Below, in pieces: positions 1-12,568 of a DNA stretch of 64,000 nt; the stretch's first letter is position 1; every line of letters begins with the position of its first letter. The position numbers and the translations under genes were made by a program. Below the pieces are notes generated by a model. It searched no databases. It was not told the DNA's origin and saw only the letters and a list, made by a program, of their open reading frames with translations. This DNA comes from Neovahlkampfia damariscottae (Eukaryota): positions 62,001-126,000 of the forward strand of contig JABLTG010000026.1 of NCBI GenBank assembly GCA_016618085.1, read 5' to 3'.

Positions 1-843
1 CGTACATATGAATCTTCTTTGTTTGAAGTATTATCAATTTCAGGTAAACCCATTAATTTTTCACCAGTTTCAACATCAAATATTTGAGCTGCTTTATTGC
101 TACCTGTTGCAATCTTTTTTCCATCTTTACTGAATTTTACACAACAAACTACACTTTGATGTTCTAAATTGTGGAACAGATTGATATTTACATTTGTTTT
201 AACTTGTGGATTATAAACAACTACCCAATCATTCCCGCTCTGTTTCTTTTCAAAATTTTCAACTTTAACTTCTTCCGGTTTTTTATCACCTTCTAAAATT
301 TGATGAAAAGGAGGAACGTCAACTTCTTCTTCATCTTTAGTTTCTGACATTGATGGTATATTTGTATTTGAAGGTACATTTGAACTTGCATGTTGTGCTA
401 ATGAAGGAAATTTGATATTATCCATTTTTGGTTTTTTATTTGGTGGTTGTGAATTTGTTGAAGATCCATTTGTTGAAATTGGTGAAGTTGGTTTTGGTGT
501 ACCATTTGAAAGTGATGATAATGTTGAAACAGGTGAAGTTGGTTTATTTGGATTTTTACCGTCAAGTTTTCTTCTTAATCTTCCAATTTCTTCTTCATAC
601 TGTTGTTTTAAATTTTGATAATTCATTTCTAAATCATAAATTGTTTGTTTCATTGATTGAAATTCGTGAATTTGAGATTCAACTGAACTTTAAAAAAAAA
701 AAAAAAAAAATACGTTTTCTTTCATAGTCATCTTTTTGAACTTTTGTAACATTTAGTTCAGATTCAACTTTGGTGAACTCATTCTTTAGTTGATCCATAA
801 GTTCACCTAATTTTTCAGTGGACATTCTGTGTTGAGAGTACAT
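1..843 (-). CDS. TUP1: Tup1/Groucho-type WD40 transcriptional corepressor (5' part; runs off window)
   Basis: MYSQHRM..., Tup_N coiled coil DDYERKLESQIHEFQSMKQTIYDLE...QYEEEI after removing a 31-nt intron (683-713); WD40 start HQSVVCCVKFSKDGKKIATG. Confidence 0.88.
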
Positions 844-996
844 GATGAATTTGCTGAAACGAAATACAAAAGCAAAATGATTGGTCGAAAAATTCTCGGG
901 TGAATGTCCAATCAAAATTAAATAAAACCAAAAACAACAAACTTCTTGTTTTGGATGATTGATTTGGGCGATAAAAAATATTAATTGGGAACAAAT

Positions 997-3900
997 TTAT
1001 TTATGATAAATTATGTCTTTGTAATGATTTGCACAGTAGATTTCATTTTTATATGATTTAAAATTACCTAAATGCAATCTCTTTTTGCATTTTGAACATT
1101 TGAAACAATAGTGATGATAAATTTTTTCACTAACTTCAATTCTTTCTTGTACATAAACTTTTTTCTTACAATATTCACAATATTCATTTCTTTTTAACTC
1201 TTTTCCTGCAGAGTATTTTACAGAAATATCATGAACTCTTGGTGAAAATGGTACATTGTTTGGAGTTAATTCTCCACTTTTTGCTAAATTCAATTTAAAT
1301 TTCTCTATAGCTCTATTACTTCCTTCTGATAATCGTTTTTCTGTTGTTTTTTCTTTTGGTGATGTTAAATTTGAATTTGATCCTGATTTCGTTGATGTAA
1401 CATTTGAATTTGATGGTGAACCTTTTGGTGATTTTAAATCTTCATAAAATTTTAATCGGTTTTGAACTTTATTATTTGCAGTATCATTTATCTTTTTCAA
1501 ATTCAACGAAATTTGATTTTTGATTTCTATGGATGGATTCTTTTCCATTGATTTTTTTTCAACAATAGGTTCTATATCTTCTCTAGTTTCATCATTTTCA
1601 TTTTTATTTAACTCATCATTGATTGCCATGATTGATTCATCATTCCAAACATAAATACCTGACCCAGATCCAGATCCATATAAAACTGCTATTTTTTCTT
1701 CTGAATATGTTGTTTCAATATTTTCTTTAATTTCTGATTTTTCCTTGTTCATTATAAATTTAATTTTTCCATTTTCAATTTCATAATTACCAACGCATTC
1801 TGTTACTTTTTTTGATTCTTTTTCAAAAAATCCAGATTTAAATGTTGAATCTTCATTGAGATTCAAATAAAAATAATCTTCATCTTTTTTCCATGAATAA
1901 TTTATATTTTTTGCTTCAACTTTCATTTTTGCATTACTTCTATTTCTTGGTGAAATTGGTTGTTCTTCATCATTGATTGGAGCAAGTTTATTAGTATCTA
2001 AAATTGATTTTTTAATTTCAGATGAATCTTCAATTGGTTTTGATTCTTCAATTGATTCTGATTTTCCAATATCTTTTTGTGGTTCAATTGGATTTTCAAT
2101 AGTTTGATTTGGTTTTGGCTCTTCGATAATTGATAGTTCTATCTCTGGTTGAACTATTTCTAATTCAACATTTGTTTTATTGTAAAATGCTTCAATTATT
2201 CTTCTGTATCTTTCAACATCTTGTTGATTTTCGCCAATAAATCTATTCAATATCATTTGAGCATTATAATAAAGACCAGAATTAACTTTGAAATTTAATT
2301 TCATTTCCCATTCAAATTGACAAATATCTTTCCATGCTCCAAGTTCTTTTATTAAATGTTTTTCTTGGTTTTCAAAAATTTGTTCAACTCTTTTATGTAC
2401 CAGACAATAATCATTTTCTTTAAAATAAATTTGAATTCTCCATGGATTTTGAATCTTTGCATCTTTAAATTGAACATTATATTTCATTTTTAATCCTGGT
2501 TTTGTGAACAACATTGTTGAAATGACAATACTTTGAGAACATGATTTTAAAATATTTGTTAATGCTTTGTATTCACCATATTCAATCAAAAAGTCATTTA
2601 AAGTTTGATGAGAATCCAGATCAACATTCTTTTTATAATTTTCAATTGTACTTTCTTCTAAAGGTTGTCCAATTTCATTACTTATAATTTGAAATAAAGA
2701 TAAAAGTGTTTCTTCTTTAGATTCTGATTTTACAAATGATATTTCTTCAAATTTTTCATTTTTCCATTTAAAAAATTCAAAGTTTTGAAGTATTCTTGGT
2801 AAATCTTTTGATAAACTTGACTTTGTTAATGTTTTTTCAAAGGTTTCTTCTAATTTCTTTTTAAATTTAACTGAGTCAATTCCTTGTTCTGTTGCCAAGA
2901 ATGCTTCTTTCTTTTTTTCTTCCGCTTCTTTTTTCTTTCTTTTTTCTAATTCTTCCTCTTCTTTTTGTTTTCTTTCTAATTCTTCTTCTTCTTCTTTTGA
3001 AAGTGGTTTTTCTTCTTCATCTTGAGCGACTACTTCTTTTGTAACTTGTTCATCTTTTGTATCCTCCTCTATCTTTAGTACCTCTTCTTTATTTGTTTCA
3101 AATGCATTTTTATTTTCATCAGTTTCTTTTTTTTCAGTCTCTTTTATTTCTACTGTATCATTTTGTTCATTTATTTTTTCTATTGAACTTAATTTTGGTG
3201 TACTTTCTTGATGCTTTTCTTCGTCTTTTACTGGTGAATTATCTTTTGGTTGTTCATTTATTTTTTCCATTTGACTTTCTTTTTCAATAATTGATTCTTG
3301 TTTTGTTTCTTCTTCTTCTTTTGGTTCTGGTTCTTCTTCTTTTATTGGTATTTCTGCGAAATAAAAACTTTCAATTGGTTCTTTATACTTTTGAATATAT
3401 ACTTCATTATCTGTCTCTAAGTTATCTAAATGTACTTTTATAAAGTTATACTTCCCTGTATTTAATTCAAAATTTAATTTTAATTCCCATCTAAAATGAC
3501 AAATATCTTTCCAAACTCCAAATTCTTTTATCAAATGTTTTTCTTGATTTTCAAAAATTTGTTCAACTCTTTTATGTACCAGATAAGATTCATTTTCTTT
3601 AAAATAAATTTGAATTGTCCATGGATTTTTAATTTTTGCGTCTTTAAATTGAACGTTATATTTCATTTTTAATCCAGGTTTTGTAAATAACATAACACCA
3701 ACAACAATACCTTGTGGACATGCTTTTAAAATTCTACATAAACCTTCTTCTTCACCAATAGTTTCAAGTAAATAATTTGTTAAAGTTTTATGATCATCAA
3801 AATCTACTTTTTCATTATATTCTTTTATTTGATCTTCATTCAATGGTTTATTCATATTTTCTGATATCAATTTCATTAACTGTAATAAATCAGTTTTTTG

Positions 3901-4068
3901 TTCTTCTGTTTGTTCCAAAGGAATACCCTCAAAAGTATTTTCTTCAGAATTCCATTTGTATAATTCAAAATTGTGAACAATTCTTGGTAAATCCTTTGAA
4001 AGTGTTGATTTTGAAATAGGTTTTGAAAGTGTATCTTTCAACTTCAGACCAAACTTCACTTGGTCCAT
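997..4068 (-). CDS. Protein with two tandem GflB-C-like domains, acidic coiled-coil linker and C-terminal LIM domain
   Basis: Intronless 1023-aa ORF; C-terminal CEYC..YHHYCFKCSKC..YCANHY is a LIM domain; duplicated ~230-aa unit with SKDLPR/LKxCxQ/FKD..W/VHKRVE/FxW motifs (family assignment from memory). Confidence 0.75.
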   Translation of the reverse strand: MDQVKFGLKLKDTLSKPISKSTLSKDLPRIVHNFELYKWNSEENTFEGIPLEQTEEQKTDLLQLMKLISENMNKPLNEDQIKEYNEKVDFDDHKTLTNYLLETIGEEEGLCRILKACPQGIVVGVMLFTKPGLKMKYNVQFKDAKIKNPWTIQIYFKENESYLVHKRVEQIFENQEKHLIKEFGVWKDICHFRWELKLNFELNTGKYNFIKVHLDNLETDNEVYIQKYKEPIESFYFAEIPIKEEEPEPKEEEETKQESIIEKESQMEKINEQPKDNSPVKDEEKHQESTPKLSSIEKINEQNDTVEIKETEKKETDENKNAFETNKEEVLKIEEDTKDEQVTKEVVAQDEEEKPLSKEEEEELERKQKEEEELEKRKKKEAEEKKKEAFLATEQGIDSVKFKKKLEETFEKTLTKSSLSKDLPRILQNFEFFKWKNEKFEEISFVKSESKEETLLSLFQIISNEIGQPLEESTIENYKKNVDLDSHQTLNDFLIEYGEYKALTNILKSCSQSIVISTMLFTKPGLKMKYNVQFKDAKIQNPWRIQIYFKENDYCLVHKRVEQIFENQEKHLIKELGAWKDICQFEWEMKLNFKVNSGLYYNAQMILNRFIGENQQDVERYRRIIEAFYNKTNVELEIVQPEIELSIIEEPKPNQTIENPIEPQKDIGKSESIEESKPIEDSSEIKKSILDTNKLAPINDEEQPISPRNRSNAKMKVEAKNINYSWKKDEDYFYLNLNEDSTFKSGFFEKESKKVTECVGNYEIENGKIKFIMNKEKSEIKENIETTYSEEKIAVLYGSGSGSGIYVWNDESIMAINDELNKNENDETREDIEPIVEKKSMEKNPSIEIKNQISLNLKKINDTANNKVQNRLKFYEDLKSPKGSPSNSNVTSTKSGSNSNLTSPKEKTTEKRLSEGSNRAIEKFKLNLAKSGELTPNNVPFSPRVHDISVKYSAGKELKRNEYCEYCKKKVYVQERIEVSEKIYHHYCFKCSKCKKRLHLGNFKSYKNEIYCANHYKDIIYHK
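2290..3693 (-). repeat. Intragenic direct repeat, copies 3469-3693 and 2290-2514 (offset 1179 nt)
   Basis: 75-aa block with 65 identical residues and near-identical DNA. Confidence 0.9.
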
Positions 4069-4181
4069 GTCTATAAGTACAAAAAAATTCTTTTGATTTG
4101 ATTGGATAACGTTTTTTTAGTGAATAAAAAATATCTAACAGAAAATATTTTCACTTTTTTAAAATGATATGTAAAAAGATT

Positions 4182-6098
4182 TTATTCTTCTTTTTTTTTC
4201 TTTGATGATTCTTGTTCTTTTTCTTCTCTCATTCTCTTTTTATTTTCTTTAAAAATTTTATCATTTTTAATTTCAAGTTTTCCTTTCAAAGAAAATATTT
4301 TTTTACTTCCAATTTTTTCTCTTTGTTGATATTTTTTATTTTCTAATTTCTTTTTATCTAATTTTTTCATTTTCAACATCCAATCTTCAACATTACAACC
4401 TGATTTTTTCATAACTTCAGCTAAATTTCTTAACATTTCAATATCTTCATTTGCGAAATATGTTTTTGAATATCCTTTGAATCCAGCTCTTCCACAACGA
4501 CCAATTCTATGAATATAACTGTATGTACTTGTTGGAAAATCATAATTAATCACACATGAAACACCTTTGAAATCAATACCTCTAGCCATAACATCAGTAC
4601 AAATTAAGACAAATAATTTTCCTAATCTAAATTGATTTACTACATCTTTAGTTTGTGTTGCTGTTCTCTTTCCATGAATAAAATCAATGGAAATATCTTC
4701 AAATTGAAATTCTTTATACAAAGCATGCGCTCTTTCAACCGTTTGAACAAATACTAGTATTATTGAATAGTTTTATGAGTGTTACTTAAAATTGGTGGTT
4801 TAATACCACCTTCTTTCAATAATTGTCTTAAGGCGTATACTTTTCCAGCTTCTGATCCAACATATTCGAGACTTTGATCAATGGTATCACTTCCAGCATT
4901 CTTTTCTCCAACAATAACTGTAATTGGATCTTTTAAAAATGATTTTGCCATATTTTCAACCTCTATTGGCATTGTAGCACTAAATAATCCACGTACTAAA
5001 TTTGGATTTGTGCATTGAGATATAACTTCATCAATCTTTTCAAAATTAAAAATATAAAATATTTTACTTGTTCATCAAAACCTTTTCCAAGTAAATCATC
5101 TGCTTCATCTAAAATTAAATATTGTACACTGTTATAAATTAAACAATGATTTGATTTTACTTTTCAAGTGATAAAACAGAAGAATTCAATAATTCAATTA
5201 ATTTTTTAGGTGTTGCGATTAGAATATCTTTGAAATTAAATAAATATGTAATTAGTTACCATTTCTTTTTGATTGTAATTTTTTTTCAATTTGTTTTTTA
5301 CTTTTATCCAAATTCACAATTCTCCAGTCTTTTCCTTTTGAAAACTTTTCAAATTCTCTTGTAATTTGTTGTGACAAAACTGAAGTTGGAAGTATGACTA
5401 ATGCTCTGAAACCATCTTTTGCTGGTTTTTTTAATTTCGCAAGAAGTGGTAAAGCATAACTAAGTGTTTTACCAGAACCTGTAGGAGCAGCAACTAAACA
5501 TTCTCTATTATGATATTAGATCATTTTAAAATATGTAGATACCTATCTTGAAGTAAAATTGGCATTACTTGCATTTGAACAGGTGTTGGATTAGAGAATC
5601 CTAATTTTTCAACATTCTTTATCAAATAAGGTCTAACAGAATAGTTATTTGTCAATTCTTCAAAACTTTCAAAAATTGGAGGGTAATTATTTCCTAAGAT
5701 GAATATTTTTTTTTCTCTTCTAATTTCAATTGAATTGTTATCTTTTTTCTCTTTTTTTTGATCAATTATTTCATCATCATCATCTTCTTCATCTTCATTA
5801 ATCTCTTTTTCTTTTTCCTTTTCTTCTTTTTTCTTTAATTTATTTTCTTCTTTTTGTTTTTTTTGTTTTTCCATGTTTGTTTTTTGTGGATTAAAAAAAT
5901 CTAAATGATTTAAAGGTATTAAATTTGTTAATTTTCTATTTGAAGAAGTAACTAATTGACCACTTTTTGATTCATTTTTTTCCTTTCTAGTTTCAGTTTT
6001 TATTTGTGACTTACATCAAAATATTCTTTGTCTCTTTGAAGGACATTATGTTTAAATTTTGAACCAAATGTTAATTGATGAAAGAAATCTTTTTCCAT
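4182..6098 (-). CDS. DDX52: DEAD-box RNA helicase Rok1/DDX52
   Basis: Q motif PTPVQMQ, APTGSGKT, DEAD, FSAT, TDVMARGIDF, YIHRIGRCGRAG, N-terminal LDFF; six introns 5983-6014, 5505-5542, 5228-5259, 5129-5160, 5036-5067, 4754-4785. Confidence 0.92.
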
Positions 6099-6262
6099 TT
6101 TTTTTTACAAAAGTGTTTTGTTTGATGTCAAAAAAATAATGTTAAAAAGATTCAATTTGATTGGACAAAATTTGGAAATTAAAAAGAAAAAGGAGTTAGA
6201 AATGAATCTAATTTAATGAGTTGAGATTGTTGAAATTGGACAAGAAATCATAAATTCAAATC

Positions 6263-6850
6263 TCAAAGTTTACATTTTAATTTTTTTAAATTTTCTTTTT
6301 CAAAATTCCATTCACTCATTAACAAAGAATATAACTTTAAATTCTTAAACTTTTTTTTTTCTAAATCAAATATTTTCAAATTTCCTTCCATTTTAAATTT
6401 CAATTCTTCAAATAAATTTCCTTTGTCTTGTTCTTCTTTTTGTTTGAATTCAATTCTTTCAAATTGACAATGTTCAAATAAATAATCAAATAAAATAAAA
6501 AATGATTCAAAAATTAAATCATGATCTTCTTTTTTTTCTTTATTGAATCCTATGATATTCTCAACTTTCAAACATTTATTTGAGTTGTCAATTTCTTTGA
6601 AAGAGATGAAGCCAATCTTTTTTTTTGATTTTCTGTCAACACAAGTGAAATAAATTTTTTCATTCTTTGTTATTTCAATATCTAAATATTCTTTGTATGA
6701 ATACTCATCCTCAAATTCAATTTCCTCTTTTTCTTTCTTCAAATCATACATTTCCTTAATGTCATCGTCCAATTTTGTACTTGACAAAAGAACATTTGTG
6801 GAAAATAATCTGATATTTTTTGAAGGTGTTAAAGAATAATACAAAGTCAT
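6263..6850 (-). CDS. GNAT (RimJ/RimL-like) acetyltransferase, divergent
   Basis: KKIGFISF...YLFEHCQFERIEF...LKFKMEG...LYSLLMSEW; first ATG at 6850. Confidence 0.65.
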   Translation of the reverse strand: MTLYYSLTPSKNIRLFSTNVLLSSTKLDDDIKEMYDLKKEKEEIEFEDEYSYKEYLDIEITKNEKIYFTCVDRKSKKKIGFISFKEIDNSNKCLKVENIIGFNKEKKEDHDLIFESFFILFDYLFEHCQFERIEFKQKEEQDKGNLFEELKFKMEGNLKIFDLEKKKFKNLKLYSLLMSEWNFEKENLKKLKCKL

Positions 6851-6885
6851 GAACCTCAATTGAATAAAAAAGAAAATTAAATTGA

Positions 6886-6890
6886 CCAAT
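6886..6890. promoter_or_regulatory. CCAAT box in the 56-bp divergent GNAT/EF-hand spacer
   Basis: TTGACCAATG between ATGs at 6850 (-) and 6907 (+). Confidence 0.65.
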
Positions 6891-6906
6891 GAACAACAAT
6901 CATTGA

Positions 6907-7578
6907 ATGAAGATACATTTGACACTTGGTGAAGTTACATCTGATTATGATGTTTCTAACTATGGAATATTTCATTATGATCCTAAATTTCTCATTGCTT
7001 TGAACATCAGTCAAAAATCATGTTTCCATTATAACTTTACATGTTTCAAAAAAAAAAAAAAAAAAAACTGATTTTTTCTTCAAGATTTATCTGATTCTGA
7101 AAATAACAAAATAGAATTCAATGAAATGAAATTTATTGAAAAGAATTCATTGAAAGATGGTGAATATTATTTGGTGAATTGTGAGGACAATCGAACTGAA
7201 ACCTTAGAGAGTTTAACAGAAAATGAAATTGAACAATTAAAAAAAGAATTCAAGAATTATGATACAAATAATGATCAAAAAGTTACTTTGGACGAAATTG
7301 AAAAATTTTTGGACATTGAAGAATTGAAAGAAATTGAAGAGTTGACAGGTAAATTAGACTTGGCAATGAAGAATTCAAAAACTGAAAAAGAAAAAGAAAA
7401 ATGGGAAGAAAGAAAAAAAATGTTAATAGAATCAATAAAAGCTGAAAGAATAGATGGTGTGGAAATATTGAATCAAATGGATTTCGATAAAAATGGTTCA
7501 ATATCTGAAAAAGAGTATTTTCTTGCAAGAGCCCCAAAAATTATTAGAACAAGAAAGTTTTCTTTTAAAAAAAAATAA
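6907..7578 (+). CDS. EF-hand calcium-binding protein
   Basis: Loops DTNNDQKVTLDE and DFDKNGSISEKE; upstream exon 6907-7042 joined in frame via intron 7043-7084. Confidence 0.75.
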
Positions 7579-7624
7579 ATTCGTTGATATTTTTTGACCA
7601 ATTAAATTGTAGTTGGTGGTGTAG

Positions 7625-8740
7625 ATGAACAAGTGCTTTGTTGCTATTGACAATGGGACATCATCAATAAAATCCATCAAAGAAGTATATGAAAAAACAG
7701 AAAATGTTTCAAGAATTCCAAATGAATTTGGTCGACCTTTTGAAGTTACCAAAATTGAAGAAAAAGAATATTATATCGGTGAATCTTTGAATCAAAAAAG
7801 AAAAGAATTATCGATTAGTTCACCAGTTGAACGAGGAGTTATTAAAAACTTTGTTGATATTGAAAAAATATGGGATTTCGTTTATAATGATGAATTTAAA
7901 CTAAATTCAAAAGAAACACCTACTTTTTTCACTGAAACTGTATTTTACCCTAAAAAAATAAAGGAAGAATGTGTAGAAATTTTAATGGAAACATTTGAAG
8001 TGCCTTACTTTTTATCAGAAAAAACTACAATATTATCAACATATGCAAATGGATGCACTACTGGGTTTATCATTGAAATAGGTGATGGATTGACTCAATT
8101 AGATGCTATATGTGAAGGATATCAAATTGGAGAAGCAGCAAAGAAATTTGAAAGGTTAGAATTACTATTACTGTTTAACAACTAAATAAGAGGAGGTATT
8201 GATTTCACACAATATTTATCAAAGTATATTAATCCACAGTTGTCAAATGATTATTCAAAGACAAAATTATTTCAAAATATCAAAGAACAATATTCCTATA
8301 TCCCAATCGATTTGCTCGATGAAGTGAGGAAATTTTCAAAGGGTAGTGATCTTGATGTAAAATATAAATTACCAGATGGAAGTTTATTCAATTTAAAAAA
8401 AGAATTAATTCTTGGATATGATGATTTGTGTTCTGATTGGGCTGAAGATATTGTGGATGTTTTCTGTTCAATTAATTCATTTGAATTGAAATCAAAATTG
8501 GAAAAATCTATAATACTAACTGGAGGGGTTTCAAATACCAAAGGATATTCTGAATTCATTTCAAATTTTTTTCAAAATTCTCTTCCGATGACATCTAAAC
8601 AAAAATACATAAAATCTATTATTCCAAATGATGATTCATTATTAGGAGGATCAGTATTGGTTTCAATGAGTAGTTTTGATGACTCATGGTTGAAAAAAGA
8701 ACAATATAATGAACAAGGGTATTATAAAAAAATAAAATAA
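7625..8740 (+). CDS. Divergent actin-related protein
   Basis: IDNGT, SPVERGVI, LMETFEVP, EIGDG, YKLPDG, IILTGG, LGGSVL; 36-nt intron 8155-8190. Confidence 0.85.
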
Positions 8741-8767
8741 TTTCAATTAATTTAATTGGTGGATTTC

Positions 8768-9979
8768 ATGAACAATTTCTCTTTTCAACATTCAAATTTT
8801 CAAAATGTTCGGCAGATTAATCAAATTCAACAAGAAGAAAATGAAGATTTTGAGAGACAAGAAGAAAATGATCCTATTGAATTTTTAAAAAACAAAATTC
8901 ATTTGGAAGAGAGGTATTATTGTTTTATTATTTAAAGTATTTCAAAAAAAAGAAAAATGAATGACCTTGAAATAAAGGCTCATGAAAAAGTTAAAATATC
9001 TAAAGAATTATTCTCACCATTTCAAAAATTAAAAAGTTGTTTATATTCAGTTGGTTCCATTTCTGAGTCGAATTGGATGGACGGATTTGGTTATGAATAT
9101 TTTTGTTTTTATTTAAATTTTGAAAATAAAAATCAAATACTAAATGATGATTTATCTTTAATTTTTTCAAATTTGAAATATGAACCTGAAAATTGGAAAA
9201 ATAATTTATTGTTTTTGATCAATGATAAAATTGTAAATGAAGGGGTAAAACAAAGTCAAGAAATGAATAATAGTGATAGTGGTGATAGTGATGGTGGTGG
9301 TAATTTGGATTTCAAAAAAATCGATAGTTATTTTTCAATTCAAATTCCAAAGAAATTTTTAAAATTAAAAAATAAAATATCAATTAGAATACCAAAATGG
9401 AGAAAAGGATTCATTCATTTTGTAAATATTGGAGAAAATAAAATTGAAAATTTGATTGAAGAAATTGAAAAAAAATCAAATGAAAAAATATCAATAAAAT
9501 GTGTAGAAGAAATATTTGGAAAGTTCGAAAAATTTGAAACAAAATTTAAATTAAAAAAAATGATAAAAAATGAAGAATTTGAAATTAAAAATGAAATTGT
9601 ATCTTTAATTGATCCTTATACAAGATTAAGAATAAAAAATCCATGCAAAGGAATTGGATGTGAACATAAACAATGTTATGATTTAGAGACATTTTTGATA
9701 AACTTTAAACATTCAAAAATATCAAAATGTCCAATTTGTAATATAAGAATAGAAATTCATTCAATCTTGATTGATTATAAAATTAAAGAAATTTTGAATG
9801 AAACAAATGAAAATAGAATTATATTGAAACAAGATGGTAATTTTGAAATTATAGAAAATGAAAATGAAAAAATTGAAAAAAAAGAAAATGGAATTGTAGA
9901 AATTATAAATATTGATGAAGAAGATTCAGATAATGATCAATTCAATTTGACTGATCCAATCATCATTACTATTGATTAA
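8768..9979 (+). CDS. SP-RING (MIZ/Siz/PIAS-type) SUMO E3 ligase-like protein
   Basis: VSLIDPYTRLRIKNPCKGIGCEHKQCYD...CPIC; SIM-like VEIINIDEED and IIITID; intron from 8914 ends at 8937 or 8952 (both in frame). Confidence 0.8.
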
Positions 9980-10118
9980 ATTGAAGATTAGACTTATATT
10001 GATACAGATTTTAAAATGTTCAATAAAATAAAGAGTTTATTTCAAGATACTGTTCTTGAAATGGTGAAACCAAAGTTACTGTAAAAGATTGAATTTACCT
10101 TAGTCCAGCCGATGACTT

Positions 10119-12151
10119 TTATTTTTCATTTTTTTGTAGTTTTGGGGATTTTGGAGATCTTGGAGTTTTTTTAATAGTAGAATTCCTTGGTGATGAACTT
10201 GGTGAAGTTAAACCAACTAATTTTTCAGTAAAACCAGAAAAAACATTTTTCAAATCAAAAGATCTTGTTCTTCTCTTTGGTGCTGTCAATGCATCTCTTT
10301 TCAATTTTTTGAATTCAGGATCATCTGAATATCTAATAAAAGCATCATCTAAAAAATAATTTAAAAAAAGGAAACAATGAATCATACTCAAAGTACCATT
10401 CAATATCTCATTCACAATTGGATCAAAAAAATCAATTGGAATTTCTTCATTTTCAAGTTCATTATACTCAAGAATCAATAAATTCTTAATTGAATCAGAT
10501 ATATTCAATGTATAATTTGAATCTAGTTGAATAAATACTTTTATAATTTCGTTTGAAATTTCTTTTTGTTTAGTTGATTGAAATTCATCAACTTTATCAA
10601 TAAATAATAATGATTCTTCACAAAATTCTTTTTTCAATTGATTTCTAAACAATTCACGATATTTTTTTCTTTTTATAAAATTTATCAAATGAAATTCATT
10701 TTCAATTTCTTCAATTCTCTTTTCTTCTTCTAATTGAGATTTATGATTTTTTGCAATTTTTTTTAATGATTTTTCTTCATTTGATTCAATTTCAAATAGT
10801 AATTTTTCGAATTCTATTGATATTTTTTTTAATGATTCAATTGATTGTTTCTCAAAAAGTAACATTTCAAAAATTATTTTTGATATTCTCTTATCAACAT
10901 TCTTTGAGAATAAAAAATGAATCTCTTCTTACTGTTAGATTATAAATTTCTTTGATTATTTCTTCTTGATATTTTGGTATGAATATTTCTTCCGAAATTG
11001 AATTCATGATTGAAGAAGATGATGATGATTGTATATTTGAAGAAATTAATTCATCATGAGTGAATATTTCTTCGATTTCATTCATATTTTTTAAAGTACA
11101 TAAATGAAAGAATATAATACCTAATGCATGAAGATCAACTTTTTCATGATTAATTTCTCCAACTTCATTCCAAATTTGAATTTTTGATTTTTGATTTTCG
11201 TCAAATTCTAAAAATCCGGGATCTAAATAAATAACTGAACAAGTTTGATTGAAGAATATTCTATTTTCATTTAATTCATAAATTGGAAAAAAATATTCTT
11301 GTTCATGAAGCGATTTTAAACTTGAAATTAATTGGTTCATAATTAAAACTAATTCCTGTTATTTTTAGAAAATAAATTTGTTATGAAAATACATAATGTT
11401 TAAATATTATATTCATTGATCTATTTTCTTCTATAAAATCTTTGAAATTTATTTTGACATTCGTCAAAACTAAAATTATATCGATTTTCCCTTCTTCTAA
11501 ATTTGATTTTTCTTTAAATATGTCATTTAATTCAACTACATTTTCGTATGGCTCTTTGATTTTATTTCTTAAATTTACAACCTTTTCAAAATATTTTTCT
11601 GCTTCATCTTCTTTCAACGATTTTATTTGACAAAAATATTCTAATTTTTTTTTTATTTCGAGAATTGAACAGTGATAAATAGAAGCTTTGATTTTTTTAA
11701 TTTTCGAAGTAATCTTGTATTTATCTTCAAAAATAGTTTTGCTTTTGATTTCATACTTTCTTTCAACAAAGCTTTTCCATTCTTTATTTGATCTGAATCT
11801 AAAGAATAAATAGTTTAACGAAGAATTAGTGTATTCATTTAATATTTGAATTAAACTATCATTGTGCTTGGTTTCAATTGTTTCTTTTATTTCTTCAATT
11901 TTTTTTTTGTCAAGAATTAATTTTTCTTCTTGTATCATTACATTGATTTTTTCCATGAATTCATTTTTTTCTTTTGTTGTTTCGTTGTCTTTTATTAAAA
12001 TTTTCAAGTCAATATAAATCTCTGATTTAAATTTCTTTATAAATTCTCTGAATAATTTTAAGTCATCTTCTCTTTGAAGTAATTCGTCAACTGTCAACGG
12101 AGCACGAATCAATTTTTTATCAAAAAGTTTCTTCACTTCTGTTTTTTTCAT
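10119..12151 (-). CDS. RGS - pseudokinase - RGS protein
   Basis: C-terminal RGS (LFRNQLKKEFCEESLLFI...LNISD), degenerate N-terminal RGS, kinase-like core (QLISSLKSLHE, KVDLHALGIIFFHLCT); introns 11356-11392, 10902-10932, 10349-10387. Confidence 0.72.
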
Positions 12152-12568
12152 CGCAGTTCATTGGACAAAAAATTGTTCTTAAGTAGAAGAAATATTTAAA
12201 AATCATGATTCAGATTCTGCATAAGATTTTTCTTTCAGAAAAAGAGGAATTTTCAACGGAAAACTCACGAACCAAAATTGTCCGTCCAAACTTCCTAAAT
12301 TAGTTTTTCTTTGTCCAATAGAATAGGCGGTTCAGATTGACGATCCAATCAAACATACATTGACAAACAAACATGATCAAACCAACTTTTATTTCTGAAA
12401 AATGCCAAACTGAACAAGTCTGTCACGGTCCATGTCAAATCTTTGTAAAAGGTTGCAAAAAACGAGCATTTTTTTCAAAATGAACAATACAAGTTGATAA
12501 ATGTATTTTCCATAAACTCTTCGTTGTTCAAAAACCAAAATGAATCTCATTGGTCCACTGAAAGAACC

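Noticed and set aside
412..727. Short plus-strand ORFs, and the many similar antisense ORFs across the track
   Set aside because: Shadows of real genes on the opposite strand, with F/L/S-rich composition
10016..10360. Possible spliced plus-strand ORF antisense to the RGS gene
   Set aside because: Needs a ~23-nt intron, mostly mirrors the antisense frame, and has no recognisable product
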